From contig OX597816.1 of assembly GCA_951406725.2 (NCBI GenBank), forward strand, positions 91,822,001 through 91,886,000: DNA of 64,000 nt. Direction: 5' to 3'. Under the pieces are notes generated by a model. The model ran no database searches and was not told where the DNA came from. It saw nothing but the letters and a program-made list of their open reading frames with translations. Below, piece by piece: positions 55,101 through 63,049 of this stretch (positions within the stretch are counted from its first letter, which is position 1; every line of letters begins with the position of its first letter). Origin of the DNA: Octopus vulgaris. Taxonomy: Eukaryota. The position numbers were made by a program, and so were the translations under genes.

Positions 55101-58100
55101 ATGTTTTTAGGTGAAAAGTTGTGGAGGATGGAAACATGTTAGGTCTGTGTATGAGTATGTTTGATTTGGAGTAACTGAGCAGGTCATTGACTTACTGAAG
55201 TAAATTAGGGAAATGTTGTTGAATTCAGGAACACTCCTCAGTTAATAGAAAATGGGCTGAAGTAAGCCCAGTCAACATATAACTGCAAAAGGACAGTCTG
55301 TTAAGAAACTTTATGAGATTCTCCTTCTGACATACTAAAGACTTTGCTGATGTTGGAGTTATATGCTAGAAGTTTCTATGGTCCTTATATGGTCAGAGAG
55401 TTTCCATTTGTTTTTATAAGATATGGGTAACCTTTGGAGCATATAACATGATGTTAGAACCAATTTCTTTAAGATGAAATGTTCAGTGGAGAGTCAAGAA
55501 TGGAAGTTTGGAAAATGTTTTGTGTGTATACAAATTGGAATTGGAAACCAAGTGGCCAGCACATGTAGTTGCTTTATCTGCAGGACATCACTTACTACAA
55601 TGTTGTTAATCATCCTTTTAGGAAGTAAAGAAGCTTGTTAACTTTGTGATACTTGGAAACACACTTTTACTTTCTAGGCATTTTGTAAGTGTTTAAATGG
55701 TAGGTGAATGCCTCCTAATGAGTGAGGTACATGATTTCCTGTAGGTGTTGCAGTCATTGTTCTTTCCTTGTATGTTGTTCTTTCCCTAACTGTTCATTGA
55801 TCACTTGGAGGTTATCACTTATCTAGTTCACTTGTGTAAGAGATGTAGAGACACGTAATCTACTTTGCTGTCAGATATTGGTTTAGGATGAAGCCCATCA
55901 ACCATCTTGTGTAATGAACATAGAATTGACTAGTGACTTATTAGCTGACTAGAAGTGTCAGAGGATTTGAGAGTAGAGCCTGTTGATGTGAGTTGCATTG
56001 TTTTGTGTTGGTTGGTAAAAATCAAGTTCATCATCATCATCATCATCATCATCGTTTAACGTCCGCTTTCCATGCTAGCATGGGTTGGACCTTAAGAGGT
56101 GAAAAAGTGATCAAGTGCTAGTTGATCAGATTTACTAAGGAAAATGTTGTTTTGATGATAACAAATGTTTATTTTGACTTTTAGATACAATGAAGGTCTA
56201 CTTGACATTACTGCCAGCTCAGTAGAAATGGTTGGTGAACCCAAAGAAGTATTTAAAGATTTGACCAAAGGAAACACTGTGACCAAGTAAGTTTCTTTTT
56301 ATCATTTAAAATAATAATTTTTTATAATTTTTACAAGGCCACGTTTTAGTAGAAGAGGGATATAGTTGGCTTAATTTCTGTTAATTCATTTAAACATTTA
56401 TGTTGTTAATCCTGGGATTTGAACTTATGACATATGCAATTAAACACTGACGGCATTTAGTTCTCTGCACTTTAAGATGATAATCATCTAAATCTATATA
56501 ACATAGGTATTCCTACAACTGACCGCCTGTCCTATTTCCTGGTGAGAAAGTAATCTGTTAGATTTGTTGTGTTTGCCAGATTGGTTGGAGATGAGGTAGT
56601 CAGCTGGTTTTTTTAAATGCCTATCGCAAACTGTTAGATCAGAACTCCATGAACTTTACACCTTCCTCATTTCTTGAACCATAACCATAGCTTCCATATG
56701 TTGCAGAAGCCATCAACACACTGGTCAACATATCTGTTGATGTCACCAGCCATGATAATTAGGTCACTGTCAGTAGTTATTAAGGTAGTCTGTAGAAGGT
56801 TTCATAGAAGCAGCCTTTCTCTTCTTTTGGCAGTCCTGCCTGTGGAATATATTCTGAGATAAATGTTGCTATTGCATTGTCAAAAATTAGTCTCAACCTA
56901 ATTATTCTATCATACAGTAAAAAGCTCTTTGTGAAGTTATTGATGTTAGAAAGGACATCCAGCTGTAGAAACCATGCCAAAGTAGGCACATATCCTGGTG
57001 CAGCCCTCTGGCTCATCTGTTCTTGTTGAGCTGTCCAACCCATGCCAGCATGGAAAAGGGACCTCAATTGATGATGATGGTAATGACAACCTGAGTACCT
57101 CAGTTACTTTATGTATCCATTTCTCAGCCAGCAGTATGCTTTACCTACCCTTTCTGTCACTATTACTCAGAAGAATTTGTATTGCAGTCTCTTGTCTATG
57201 AGAAGGATCCCTTCCACTTTTTCTCTTGCACACTGTGCACATCCACTTGTCTCTGCTCTAAAATCTCCATAATCTCACCAGTCCTGCTTTTCATCATGCC
57301 CCTTTATTATAGTTACTGCCTTAAAGTTTTGGAACTTGCAAGAAAGGTAGGTTGGAGGGTCTTCAATGGTAAAGGTGCTTGGTTGTTGGTTCATTATAGT
57401 CTAATTGCATTAGTACCAGTGGGCAAGTTGAGCCATGCTTTGCCAGCAGTTTGTAGATTATACATGATTACTTTTTCCCTTTTTGTTTAATTTGCCATCA
57501 GTCGTTCATTCTCCAACTCTTGCTGCATATGTGCAAATAGGTGCCATTTAAATTATCATAAATAAATAAATATGTAGATAAAGGTTCTGATGTCATTTTT
57601 AATGTACCATTGTTACATGTTTGCTATGATTTTTATTACTGTTGTTGGCAGGAATCTGGTGCAGGGGTAATAGATATATCAGGCATATGGGATGAATGGG
57701 GTAAGTGGGGATGGGAACACAAATAGTCACTAACGGTAGGAGGTAAGGACTTATTACTGATCAAGGGAAAAAAATGAGAGAGACATTCTGTATAAGAAGT
57801 TGGAAAGGATAAGAGCAGGTACATCACTTCAAGTTTTGTGGGGACAAATGGAGAACAAAAAAAGAGGAAAGAAATATTTTAAGCATGGTTTAGAGAAGGA
57901 AAAGAAAATTGTTTGAAGCATTGCTCTCAGAGTTGAGAGCATTGCAAGCTTCCTAGGAGCCATTAAAATGTACTGGTTTAAGCTAATGAAGATGATTGCT
58001 TAACTCCTGTTGTCATTCATTAATTTATATTATGCTTTGTATTCTGTGTATATATATGTGCACAAACGTTGACAGTGACTTCAAATATGCAGTTTACTTG

Positions 58101-61100
58101 CTATTGTTGGTCTTTGAAGTTATGTCATCCTCTTTTCTTGTAAAAATAAATATGACCCCTTGATGGAAGATATTGAGTGATTCTTCAGATGTTTTTATAT
58201 ATAGCTTTACATTAAAGCAAACAGTAACACAGACAGAACTGTCCATTAAAATTAGTGTAGTACGAATTCTTTTTTCCTACCCTATCAGTATCTTTGGAAC
58301 TTTTGTCTCTTTAGTGTTTCTTCGTAGGATTTACATGGTAATAGGTGAGTCATCTGTTTCTTAACTTGTATACAGGAATGCAGAAAAGGTGAAGAAGAGA
58401 AAAAGAGACAGAAGAGGGTGAAGAAACTCTGATCTTTTACAACTCTAAATAAAATTAAAGTTTTGTTACTTTACAAATGAATTTTGGTTGATCCTATTAC
58501 CTCAAACAAATGTAAAGTTTCTTTATGCAGCAGTTAGTTTTGAAATTTTCCCATTACTATCCTCTTCCCTCTCACTGCTTGAATAATTTATTCTGTTCGT
58601 TCTATTTCATGAAAATATTTGCCTTCAATGCCATGCTAACAGTTGAATTTCTGTTATAACTCTCTTGATTATCTTTGGTTGAGCTGATTATTTCCCTTAG
58701 CTTATCACCTTGCATGCAACCACACCAACATGAGAAAGCAGATGTTAGCAGACTGATACAATGTAATACTAGATACTTTGTATTTTCTACCTCAGATTAG
58801 CATTTTCTCTATTGGTATACTTTTTTTCTTTCAGCTAATAGTTGCCCAATATTTTAATAAAATGCTTCTCTGTAATTCTATATTTTTGCAGTAAGGAGGA
58901 TGAGAACTATCATATAGCTGTTTATAGAAGATAAAAAAAATTATTTATTGATAATTTTAAATAGCAATTGAAAATAGAGATTTAGTAAAGTTATATTGGT
59001 TTATTAAGAGTGAAATATTTGCAACTTAACTCAGATTTAGAATACTCTTTTTGATAGTAAGTAGGTAATGTTTTGATTCATTATTGATTTACAACGTGTA
59101 ATTTATATCTATATATAAAGTAATTAACATACTCAAATATAAGGTATACTGTGTTTTATGTCATTGCTGGTACTGCAAGTATGTCATTTGGAAATTTTAA
59201 GAGCTTGTCCTGCTTTTCTCTGAGTAGAACATAAGCTACAAAAATAAAGCAAAACTGAATTGGAATGATTAAGCATTTAGGGTCAAGCTGAAACCAAATA
59301 AAACCATCAATCTTTAATTGACCAGTAAGAAAAAAATAGTTGTGGCCACTAGTAAGAAAGGTTGCACAAGGAAATCTTCTGTAAGAATGGTCTCAGACTG
59401 CTTTCGAACAGTTTGAGAGAGTGTGTGTACACATGCGCAAGCACCTGCGTGCGTGCACAGAGAGAGAGAAAAAGAGAGACAGAATCCAACTTTTTTTTTT
59501 TGAAATCTTTCTCATCAGTGTATCTTTGTAGGATTTGCTTAATGTCATCAATGTTTCTCAATTTTGTAAGTTGAAATACAAAGAGATACACTGATATTTT
59601 ATACATGAATTTGTAACTACACATATACCATTTTTGATCTAAGATAATAGTATGTAGTAATGTAGATTTCATTGAAAACTTTTTTGTGTAGAAATCTTGA
59701 GATTTTATTAAGTAGATGGGAAATTAAAAGTATCTAAATACATACCCTTTTTATGGACATTACTGGTGTAAGTAAACTAAAACAGTTTAGTTGTGGTTTA
59801 AAGTAATATTATTTTTATTATTTCCCTTCATGGATCTCTATGATTCACTGGGCCTTTGTTAGTCGTTATATACTATCCATGTAATTTTTTTTTTAATTAT
59901 ATCCAAATGTTTCCTTCATTTAATGGCTACTAATTATTGGAGTTTTGTTTTCTTTTTAGGCTCGTTGTATTGAATGTTGATCGAGGAATGAAATATGAGC
60001 AAGCTTTAAGTATGTATGAGAATCACAAAGGCAAAGCTGGTTTTTACCTTTCAAAGGGTCAGCCATTTGGTCGCAAACTCTGTTTGTTGGCACTTTCCAA
60101 AGACAACTCTAAAAATATCTTCAAAGTAGTCAGGTTTGTGAATTTATTTCTGCAATTATCTTAATAATATTTTCAGAATGGTGGCTATGAAAACTGATAT
60201 TAATGTGTGTGTGTAATTTAGCAGTAAGGTGTCATAGAGTAAAAGATAGTTAATGTAACTTTACTCATTCAGCTTTAGGAAGTGAACTGCTGTTTAAATT
60301 TGTCATATAACAATTATTTCAGTTATTTCATTGTTGCCATATAACAAGTCTCATGCTTTATGAGAGAAATGCATTAAAAAAAAATATAGAAACAGAATGA
60401 ACATAACTAGCATGTAAGAGAATCATTCTGGTGATTCAGAGAATTTTAATGTATTTTGTGAGTTGATCCTCTTGCTTCCTTAGTGAACCATTACATGATC
60501 TGTTTAATTGCTGATAAGCCTGTTTCTAAACAACATAGCTTATATTGTGTGTGTATTCCATTTTGCTTGAAATGTTAACCCATTTTTGAAATTGAAACAT
60601 ATAATTGCAATAGTCTTAGCAATAGTAGTAGCTGGATGTTTTTTGTGAAGTTTTCTTGAGCTATTTTGATGATCTACTTCATAGCGTCAAATTTTCTACT
60701 TGACATCGAAAACATCCTTTTTGGCATAATTTAAGGTAATAATAATTTGGGCCATTTATATTTCTGGAAAACATTTTACTCTGAACATTAGTTAAAAATA
60801 TTCCCTGTTGTAAATTGTTTACTAATTTATTAAATTACACCCAAAGCCTATAACCTACTGAATTGTTTTGGGTATCAGTGATTATATCTCTGTTGTCTTC
60901 TCTAAGGTTAAGCTACCACAAGTAAATAGAATGTAATAAACTAAAGTGCTCAAGGTACCTATGTACAGTTGAGTAGATTGAGTATAAATGTTGGTAATGA
61001 TATAATTACCCTTGACTTTCCAATTAATGGATCTGCTTCTTGTTTTAGACTAGGCTCGCAACTCTCAAAAATATTTATTGCATTTTATTCTATTTCGTTT

Positions 61101-61225
61101 TACTGATGAACCTGTTAATGTTGATGTCTTTTCATTAATTAGGCCGAATACTGGTGTATCAGCATTTGAAATGGAGAAGTCAGACTTACATGCAAAATAC
61201 TCAAAAATTAGCCTCATTGATGCAG
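12232..61225 (+). CDS. SBNO: Strawberry notch family protein (SBNO/Sno/FORGETTER1-like SF2 ATPase), 28 coding exons in window, 3'-partial
   Basis: Spliced translation carries family motifs in order: [27 protein letters not shown] (Walker A), [20 protein letters not shown] (Walker B DExH), [113 protein letters not shown]. All introns are GT-AG with matching phases. Orthology (SBNO1/2 vs separate paralog) is not resolved. Confidence 0.95.
13690..14200 (-). mobile_element. Decayed RTE-clade LINE 3' fragment
   Basis: Minus strand about 14005-14062 gives [15 protein letters not shown], resembling the RTE-type RLYxAxVRxxMLxGSETW segment; homologous to 63050-63540. Confidence 0.5.
14795..15008 (+). 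mobile_element. TTAA-flanked MITE (piggyBac-like), family 1
   Basis: TTAA-CCCTTCAGCATTT ... AATACTAAAGGA-TTAA termini; the same body recurs at 17726-17953, about 27440-27594, 39892-40097 and 48323-48534. Confidence 0.75.
15170..17150 (-). mobile_element. Decayed RLE-type (R4/NeSL-like) LINE fragments, interrupted by another repeat at about 15700-16280
   Basis: ORF 15306-15575(-) [28 protein letters not shown] resembles the R4-clade C-terminal KxxKYxxLxxEIxRLWxxxxxxxPxxIG pattern; strand-biased composition. Recognised from memory only. Confidence 0.38.
17726..17953 (-). mobile_element. TTAA-flanked MITE family 1, inverted copy
   Basis: TTAACCTTTTTGCGTTT ... AAATGCTAATGGGTTAA; reverse complement of the 14795 and 48323 copies. 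Confidence 0.78.
17960..18327 (+). mobile_element. DINE-1/HINE-like non-autonomous Helentron element
   Basis: 5' T-run + TACCTCTACC..GCAGAGGTA fold-back, (GTTT)n/GTCC microsatellite, 3' subterminal repeat CCTTGGTGGAGGT, then short stem-loop GTGCTCTGTGAGTGC and T-rich end. This is the DINE-1/HINE architecture. Confidence 0.62.
18372..18462 (+). CDS. SBNO: SBNO coding exon 2 ([31 protein letters not shown])
   Basis: tttttacag|C ... GCA|gtatgt; phase 2 to 0; HPxxxVExxSL motif of the family. Confidence 0.88.
19296..19470 (-). mobile_element. (GAT)n-tailed SINE copy
   Basis: Same family motifs (CTACAGCTGGATGCCC, CCAACCACTCC). Confidence 0.85.
19850..21240 (+). mobile_element. Heavily decayed LTR-retrotransposon (Ty3/Gypsy-like) internal remnant; boundaries approximate
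   Basis: [22 protein letters not shown] (gag zinc-knuckle-like, about 20302-20367), then [10 protein letters not shown] (about 21088-21117) and TYLDN (about 21156-21170), resembling RT FGLxNAP and YLDD motifs. Confidence 0.42.
21243..22590 (-). mobile_element. 5'-truncated CR1-like LINE with RT domain and (ATT)n tail
   Basis: 396-aa ORF 21319-22509 with [50 protein letters not shown]. Upstream [12 protein letters not shown] is split by frameshifts. The tail is (TAA)n on the + strand at 21243-21280. Confidence 0.93.
22690..23029 (-). mobile_element. Composite short element: tRNA-like head + 34-bp inverted repeat + Penelope-type hammerhead core
   Basis: Minus strand TAGCGTAGTGG (A box) ... 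GTTCAATCC (B box) at 22988-22925. Inverted arms 22860-22893 and 22996-23029. CTGATGA-AGGCTG-N10-CAGCC-GAAAC at 22807-22775. Confidence 0.65.
22770..22812 (-). ncRNA. Minimal hammerhead ribozyme motif (probably degenerate in this copy)
   Basis: ACAC CUGAUGA A GGCUG gagaguacau CAGCC GAAAC GUGAUA: both conserved core boxes and a 5-bp stem II. The cleavage triplet and stem I partner are not cleanly intact. Confidence 0.6.
24270..24508 (+). mobile_element. (GAT)n-tailed SINE copy
   Basis: CGTGCCGGTGGCACATAAAAAGCA..GAGTGGTTGGCATTAGGAAGAGCATCCAGC..CCATGCTAGCATGG..TTAAATGATGATGATGA. Confidence 0.88.
25914..26021 (+). CDS. SBNO: SBNO coding exon 3 ([10 protein letters not shown]...[12 protein letters not shown])
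   Basis: ttttgtag|TCA ... GCT|gtaagt; phase 0-0. Confidence 0.92.
26575..26661 (+). CDS. SBNO: SBNO coding exon 4, Walker A ([29 protein letters not shown])
   Basis: ttttcag|TGC ... CAG|gtgagt; phase 0-0. Confidence 0.96.
26807..27125 (-). mobile_element. (GAT)n-tailed SINE copy with about 3 internal AAAAGCAC modules
   Basis: (CAT)n start, family core, three GTGCTTTT-anchored modules at about 26969, 27035 and 27102. Confidence 0.88.
27943..28034 (+). CDS. SBNO: SBNO coding exon 5 ([31 protein letters not shown])
   Basis: tttcag|GTA ... AG|gtagaa; phase 0-2. Confidence 0.94.
29348..29416 (+). CDS. SBNO: SBNO coding exon 6 ([23 protein letters not shown])
   Basis: tttccag|A ... CG|gtaaat; phase 2-2; RDLRDIG motif. 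Confidence 0.93.
30426..30508 (+). CDS. SBNO: SBNO coding exon 7 ([27 protein letters not shown])
   Basis: tttgcag|A ... G|gtaagt; phase 2-1. Confidence 0.93.
32093..32208 (+). CDS. SBNO: SBNO coding exon 8, Walker B ([32 protein letters not shown])
   Basis: ttattgcag|CC ... CCT|gtaggt; phase 1-0. Confidence 0.95.
32598..33452 (+). repeat. GC/CpG-rich minisatellite, 14 units of 60-62 bp, A/B variants with a 245-bp higher-order duplication
   Basis: AAAGCACC anchors at about 32660, 32720, 32780, 32841, 32902, 32963, 33025, 33086, 33147, 33208, 33270, 33331 and 33392. ORFs 32858 and 33103 are nearly identical, 245 bp apart. Confidence 0.96.
32598..33623 (+). mobile_element. Young (GAT)n-tailed SINE whose internal module is amplified into the minisatellite
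   Basis: The array runs directly into CACTACACTCGCGGAGTGGTTGGCGTTAGGAAGGGCATCCAGCCGTAGAAAC...CCATGCTAGCAT...AAACGATGATGATGATG. CpGs are retained here but decayed in other copies. Confidence 0.88.
34571..34623 (+). CDS. SBNO: SBNO coding exon 9 ([18 protein letters not shown])
   Basis: attctag|GGC ... AG|gtaaat; phase 0-2. Confidence 0.9.
35145..35208 (+). CDS. SBNO: SBNO coding exon 10 ([21 protein letters not shown]), motif III SAT
   Basis: atttcag|A ... ATG|gtaaga; phase 2-0. Confidence 0.95.
35617..35927. mobile_element. hAT-type MITE
   Basis: Termini CAAGGGTTTTCCA / TTGAGAACCCCTG (imperfect TIR); 8-bp flanks GGATAAAT (35609-35616) and GGGTAAAT (35928-35935) match 7/8. Confidence 0.72.
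36157..36247 (+). CDS. SBNO: SBNO coding exon 11 ([30 protein letters not shown])
   Basis: ttttag|GCT ... G|gtaaat; phase 0-1. Confidence 0.95.
36355..36663 (+). mobile_element. (GAT)n-tailed SINE copy
   Basis: Family core and tail; upstream segment shared with 37590-37740 and 41490-41580. Confidence 0.85.
37440..37897 (+). mobile_element. (GAT)n-tailed SINE copy with several internal modules
   Basis: AAAAGCAC anchors at about 37518, 37579 and 37733; TCAAGCCAAGT block duplicated (37446, 37665); family core and tail. Confidence 0.85.
38200..38279 (+). CDS. SBNO: SBNO coding exon 12 ([26 protein letters not shown])
   Basis: T-tract..gttacag|GT ... GAG|gtaaat; phase 1-0. Confidence 0.95.
39671..39738 (+). 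CDS. SBNO: SBNO coding exon 13 ([23 protein letters not shown])
   Basis: ttttacag|TTT ... TG|gtatat; phase 0-2. Confidence 0.9.
39892..40097 (-). mobile_element. MITE family 1 copy, apparently nested in a Meta-like SINE fragment
   Basis: Body matches 17726-17953. Flanked by CTGAGGTCAACTTAGTCTT on the left and CAATAAAAGGAAGTACCAGT on the right, which are consecutive parts of the tRNA-SINE core. Confidence 0.62.
40694..40804 (+). CDS. SBNO: SBNO coding exon 14 (NELRKALS...[16 protein letters not shown])
   Basis: tttccag|G ... TG|gtaagt; phase 2-2. Confidence 0.94.
41238..41331 (+). CDS. SBNO: SBNO coding exon 15 ([31 protein letters not shown])
   Basis: ttttcag|T ... GAG|gtaagt; phase 2-0. 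Confidence 0.95.
41490..41729 (+). mobile_element. (GAT)n-tailed SINE copy
   Basis: Family core and tail. Confidence 0.83.
41824..41977. repeat. AT-rich fold-back (about 65-bp arms, short spacer)
   Basis: TTTGGGAAAAACTGTTATATGCTAGAAAATATGCATGTTAATTTCCATTT versus AAATGGAAATTAACATTCATATTTTCTAGCATATAACACAGTTTTCCCAAA. Confidence 0.9.
42377..42493 (+). CDS. SBNO: SBNO coding exon 16 ([39 protein letters not shown])
   Basis: tttctag|GCA ... GGA|gtaagt; phase 0-0. Confidence 0.9.
43260..43403 (+). mobile_element. (GAT)n-tailed SINE 3' fragment
   Basis: GAAGGGCATCCAGCTG...CCATGCCAACATGG..TTAAATGATGATGA; internal 16-bp tandem duplication CTCTCTAGCTTGCCAG. Confidence 0.8.
43505..44080. repeat. Purine-rich low-complexity tract followed by a (CT)nAAC(AC)n compound microsatellite
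   Basis: AG-rich 43505-43830; repeated CTCTCTCTAACAC units 43957-44062. Confidence 0.8.
44823..45030 (+). mobile_element. tRNA-derived Meta/MESC-like SINE copy
   Basis: GTGAGCTGACAGAATCATTAGCA...GACTTTGCCTTTCATCCTTTTGGGGCTGATAAAATAAA; reverse complement of the 6850-7062 family. Confidence 0.78.
45183..45271 (+). CDS. SBNO: SBNO coding exon 17 ([30 protein letters not shown])
   Basis: ttttctacag|ATG ... AG|gtataa; phase 0-2. Confidence 0.88.
46003..46233. mobile_element. Fold-back MITE-like element, almost entirely inverted repeat
   Basis: Outer arms TATTGTGTCTGGGGAGAGTCATTTTCTTTTTGTG / CACAAAAAGAAAATGACTTTCCCCAGACACAATA. Inner about 50-bp perfect arms CACACTCACCGGTAAAATTTCCACGTTTTTCTTATTTTTATTTTCCTAAA. 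Confidence 0.8.
46461..46632 (+). CDS. SBNO: SBNO coding exon 18 ([26 protein letters not shown]...LNVNE), start of C-terminal helicase-like domain
   Basis: ttcttacag|C ... GAG|gtaagt; phase 2-0. Confidence 0.96.
48145..48205 (+). CDS. SBNO: SBNO coding exon 19 ([20 protein letters not shown])
   Basis: ctttcag|CGG ... G|gtgaga; phase 0-1. Confidence 0.95.
48323..48534 (+). mobile_element. TTAA-flanked MITE family 1
   Basis: TTAAGCCTTTAGCATTT ... GAATGCTGAAAGGTTAA. Confidence 0.78.
48775..48904 (+). CDS. SBNO: SBNO coding exon 20 ([42 protein letters not shown]), motif VI
   Basis: ttttacag|GA ... AG|gtaagt; phase 1-2. Confidence 0.96.
49713..49798 (+). CDS. SBNO: SBNO coding exon 21 ([28 protein letters not shown])
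   Basis: atttcag|T ... G|gtaaat; phase 2-1. Confidence 0.95.
49901..50158 (+). repeat. Tandem duplication, 2 x about 128 bp
   Basis: TTATACGT.TATTTATT...AATATTTAATGAAAATAGG.TGCCCATAAAATTCAA.TAATAAAT occurs twice in succession with scattered substitutions. Confidence 0.88.
50700..50815 (+). CDS. SBNO: SBNO coding exon 22 ([38 protein letters not shown])
   Basis: tttaatag|GT ... ATG|gtgagt; phase 1-0. Confidence 0.95.
50962..51042 (+). CDS. SBNO: SBNO coding exon 23 ([27 protein letters not shown])
   Basis: ttttgcag|TCT ... CAG|gtttga; phase 0-0, open frame. Confidence 0.82.
51560..52010 (-). mobile_element. Decayed CR1/L2-like LINE 3' fragment
   Basis: PHLE and [11 protein letters not shown] in ORF 51702-51884(-) parallel PHLEF and [10 protein letters not shown] of the CR1-like ORF at 21319. 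Confidence 0.45.
52293..52683 (-). mobile_element. Non-autonomous Helitron, both termini intact
   Basis: Minus strand starts TCTTTATATATAAAA (52683) and ends hairpin CCCGAGCAACGCCGGG + 8 nt + CTAG (52293); inserted between A and T with no TSD. Confidence 0.88.
52691..52893. mobile_element. TTAA-flanked MITE (piggyBac-like), family 2
   Basis: TTAA-TCCTTTTGATACCA ... TGATAACAAAAGGG-TTAA terminal inverted repeats. Confidence 0.75.
53027..53161 (+). CDS. SBNO: SBNO coding exon 24 (DCLILMGIV...[18 protein letters not shown])
   Basis: atactag|GAT ... CTG|gtaatt; phase 0-0. Confidence 0.93.
53960..54021 (+). CDS. SBNO: SBNO coding exon 25 ([21 protein letters not shown])
   Basis: tatcacag|ATT ... 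AA|gtaagt; phase 0-2. Confidence 0.92.
56028..56090 (-). mobile_element. Very short, little-diverged 3' end of the (GAT)n SINE
   Basis: (CAT)8 CGTTTAACGTCCGCTTTCCATGCTAGCATGGGTTGGAC. Confidence 0.85.
56185..56286 (+). CDS. SBNO: SBNO coding exon 26 ([34 protein letters not shown])
   Basis: cttttag|A ... AA|gtaagt; phase 2-2. Confidence 0.9.
56940..57080 (+). mobile_element. (GAT)n-tailed SINE 3' fragment
   Basis: TTAGAAAGGACATCCAGCTGTAGAAACCATGCC...GTCCAACCCATGCCAGCATGGAAA..GATGATGATG. Confidence 0.83.
59960..60133 (+). CDS. SBNO: SBNO coding exon 27 ([16 protein letters not shown]...GFYLSK...IFKVVR)
   Basis: ctttttag|G ... AG|gtttgt; phase 2-2; VDRG and GFY motifs. Confidence 0.92.
61143..61225 (+). 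CDS. SBNO: SBNO coding exon 28 ([27 protein letters not shown])
   Basis: taattag|G ... G|gtaaat; phase 2-1; RPNTG motif. Gene continues past the window. Confidence 0.9.
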
Positions 61226-62274
61226 GTAAATAATGTTTATTTTTCTATACATGTGCATGTGATTGATAGTATTAATTAGTGATTGATTTATATGTTTGGA
61301 TAATTTTTGAACACTTATCTTAATGCTGATTCATATAGCATTAATTAATGAATGGTTTGCTACGTTTTATACAAATGTGAATCAATTTTGTTTTACTTCA
61401 TGACTGTGGGAAAGTGAGGGAGAAATTAAAGTCTTGGTTAAAAGATAATGTGATGGAAAACTAAAGATCATAACCTACAGATACTGTGGTTTTAGTTAAT
61501 GTTAATACCTCTATACTCCTAAAATAGGTACCACAGCTTTTTCACAATTTATTGATATTCAGAAAGATAACCAATTTATGCAAACATTCATGTATACATG
61601 TTTCCAATAGTCTGTTGTGTTGTTTTTGAAGTTCTCAAGGACAAAATGTGATTGGTATATCATGTAAAAAAAAAATGTAAGGTGGATATCGCCTGTGGAG
61701 AGAAGAAAGTTTTGTGTGATGTTTTTTATTATTTGTCATAGGTGTTCACTTACTCTAAGTGATAATTTGCTTCAAAACCTTTACCTAAAGTCAGTAATGT
61801 GACTTTTTCATTGTTGATTTTTTTCTTGGAAGGCACTAATTTATCCAAGCATTCTGTGAACTAGATCATCAGTACATTAGAGTTCTCACAGATAGCTGGT
61901 TTTAAATACTTCTGTTATGACTTGCTGGATTATGATAAAGTAGAAGAATGAAGTCTTGGTCAACCACTGCTTGTACACTAAATTTGTTGCTGTGCTCATT
62001 TCTGACTGTCAACTTGCTGATTGCACTTCTGAGAAATGACTTATACAGCCTTTACAAGTCATTCCACAGTAACCAACAGATCACAGAGGGATCTGAGGAA
62101 GGCAATACTGGTCACTGGTTACTAAGAGATCCAGCTTGATGAATACTAGGTATAGTGGACTTAGTCCTCTTAGCTAAGTACTTCTGAAGTTTTCTCATTA
62201 GCAATATAGCATCAGTAATACTTCTTACTGGTACAAAGCTGATTTGTACCACTACCACCACCTCTTCCTCCTCC

Positions 62275-62430
62275 TCCCCATCGTTCAACGTCCATTTCCC
62301 ATGCCAGCATTTATTGGATGGTTTGACCAGAGCTGTCCTGCAAGAGAGCTGTCCAGCAAGAGAGCTGTCCAGGCTTCATTTGTCTGTTTTGGCATGATTT
62401 CTATAACTGGATGCCCTTCCTAATGTCAAC
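62275..62430 (-). mobile_element. (GAT)n-family SINE fragment
   Basis: CATCGTTCAACGTCCATTTCCCATGCCAGCAT...CTGGATGCCCTTCCTAATGTCAAC. Confidence 0.8.
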
Positions 62431-63049
62431 TGCATCTTAATTCTTCTTTTAATCAATTGTGCTGTGGTTTTTTCATTAACTGACATAACTTGATCTAAAA
62501 CTTCAATACCTCTGTAATTTCTTCTTTCTAGTGCACCTCTTTTGCCCTTATAAGAGTTGATATTGAAGTTCTCATGCCAGTGTTTGTGTATGACATCTTG
62601 TACTACCTGATTGACTATGTGGGTAACTAGCTTGTTCCTTTCTCTGCCAGATATTTTAAGTATCCAGTTGTAATTCCTGATGGATTAGATGCCTTCCCTG
62701 CTCTCTTACCATTAATTAATTTGTCTATTGTCTACCATAATGTCAATTTGAAAGGCTGGCCTCTGTTAAGTTGGGGGTACTGGATATGGGCAGATTTCAT
62801 GCTATACTCTGTTTCACAAAGTTCTTCACTGAAGAAAATGGAGTGAGGGTGGAAGAGAAGTAGGATGATAAACGTTGTTGATGGAAAAACTGAATACAGC
62901 TAGATCAAATTCTATTTCTCTTTACATAGGCAGCATAGCACAGTTGATAGGTGAGTAACAGATAGGAGAGTAAAGAAGAGAACAGTAGTTGGAAATTAAC
63001 AGGAATATAATAGCTGAGAGGCCTCTAAAGATATATTATACATCACAGC

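Noticed and set aside
54700-56000. Possible further decayed LINE with an internal duplicated segment
   Set aside because: Strand-biased composition, but I could not read any diagnostic motif.
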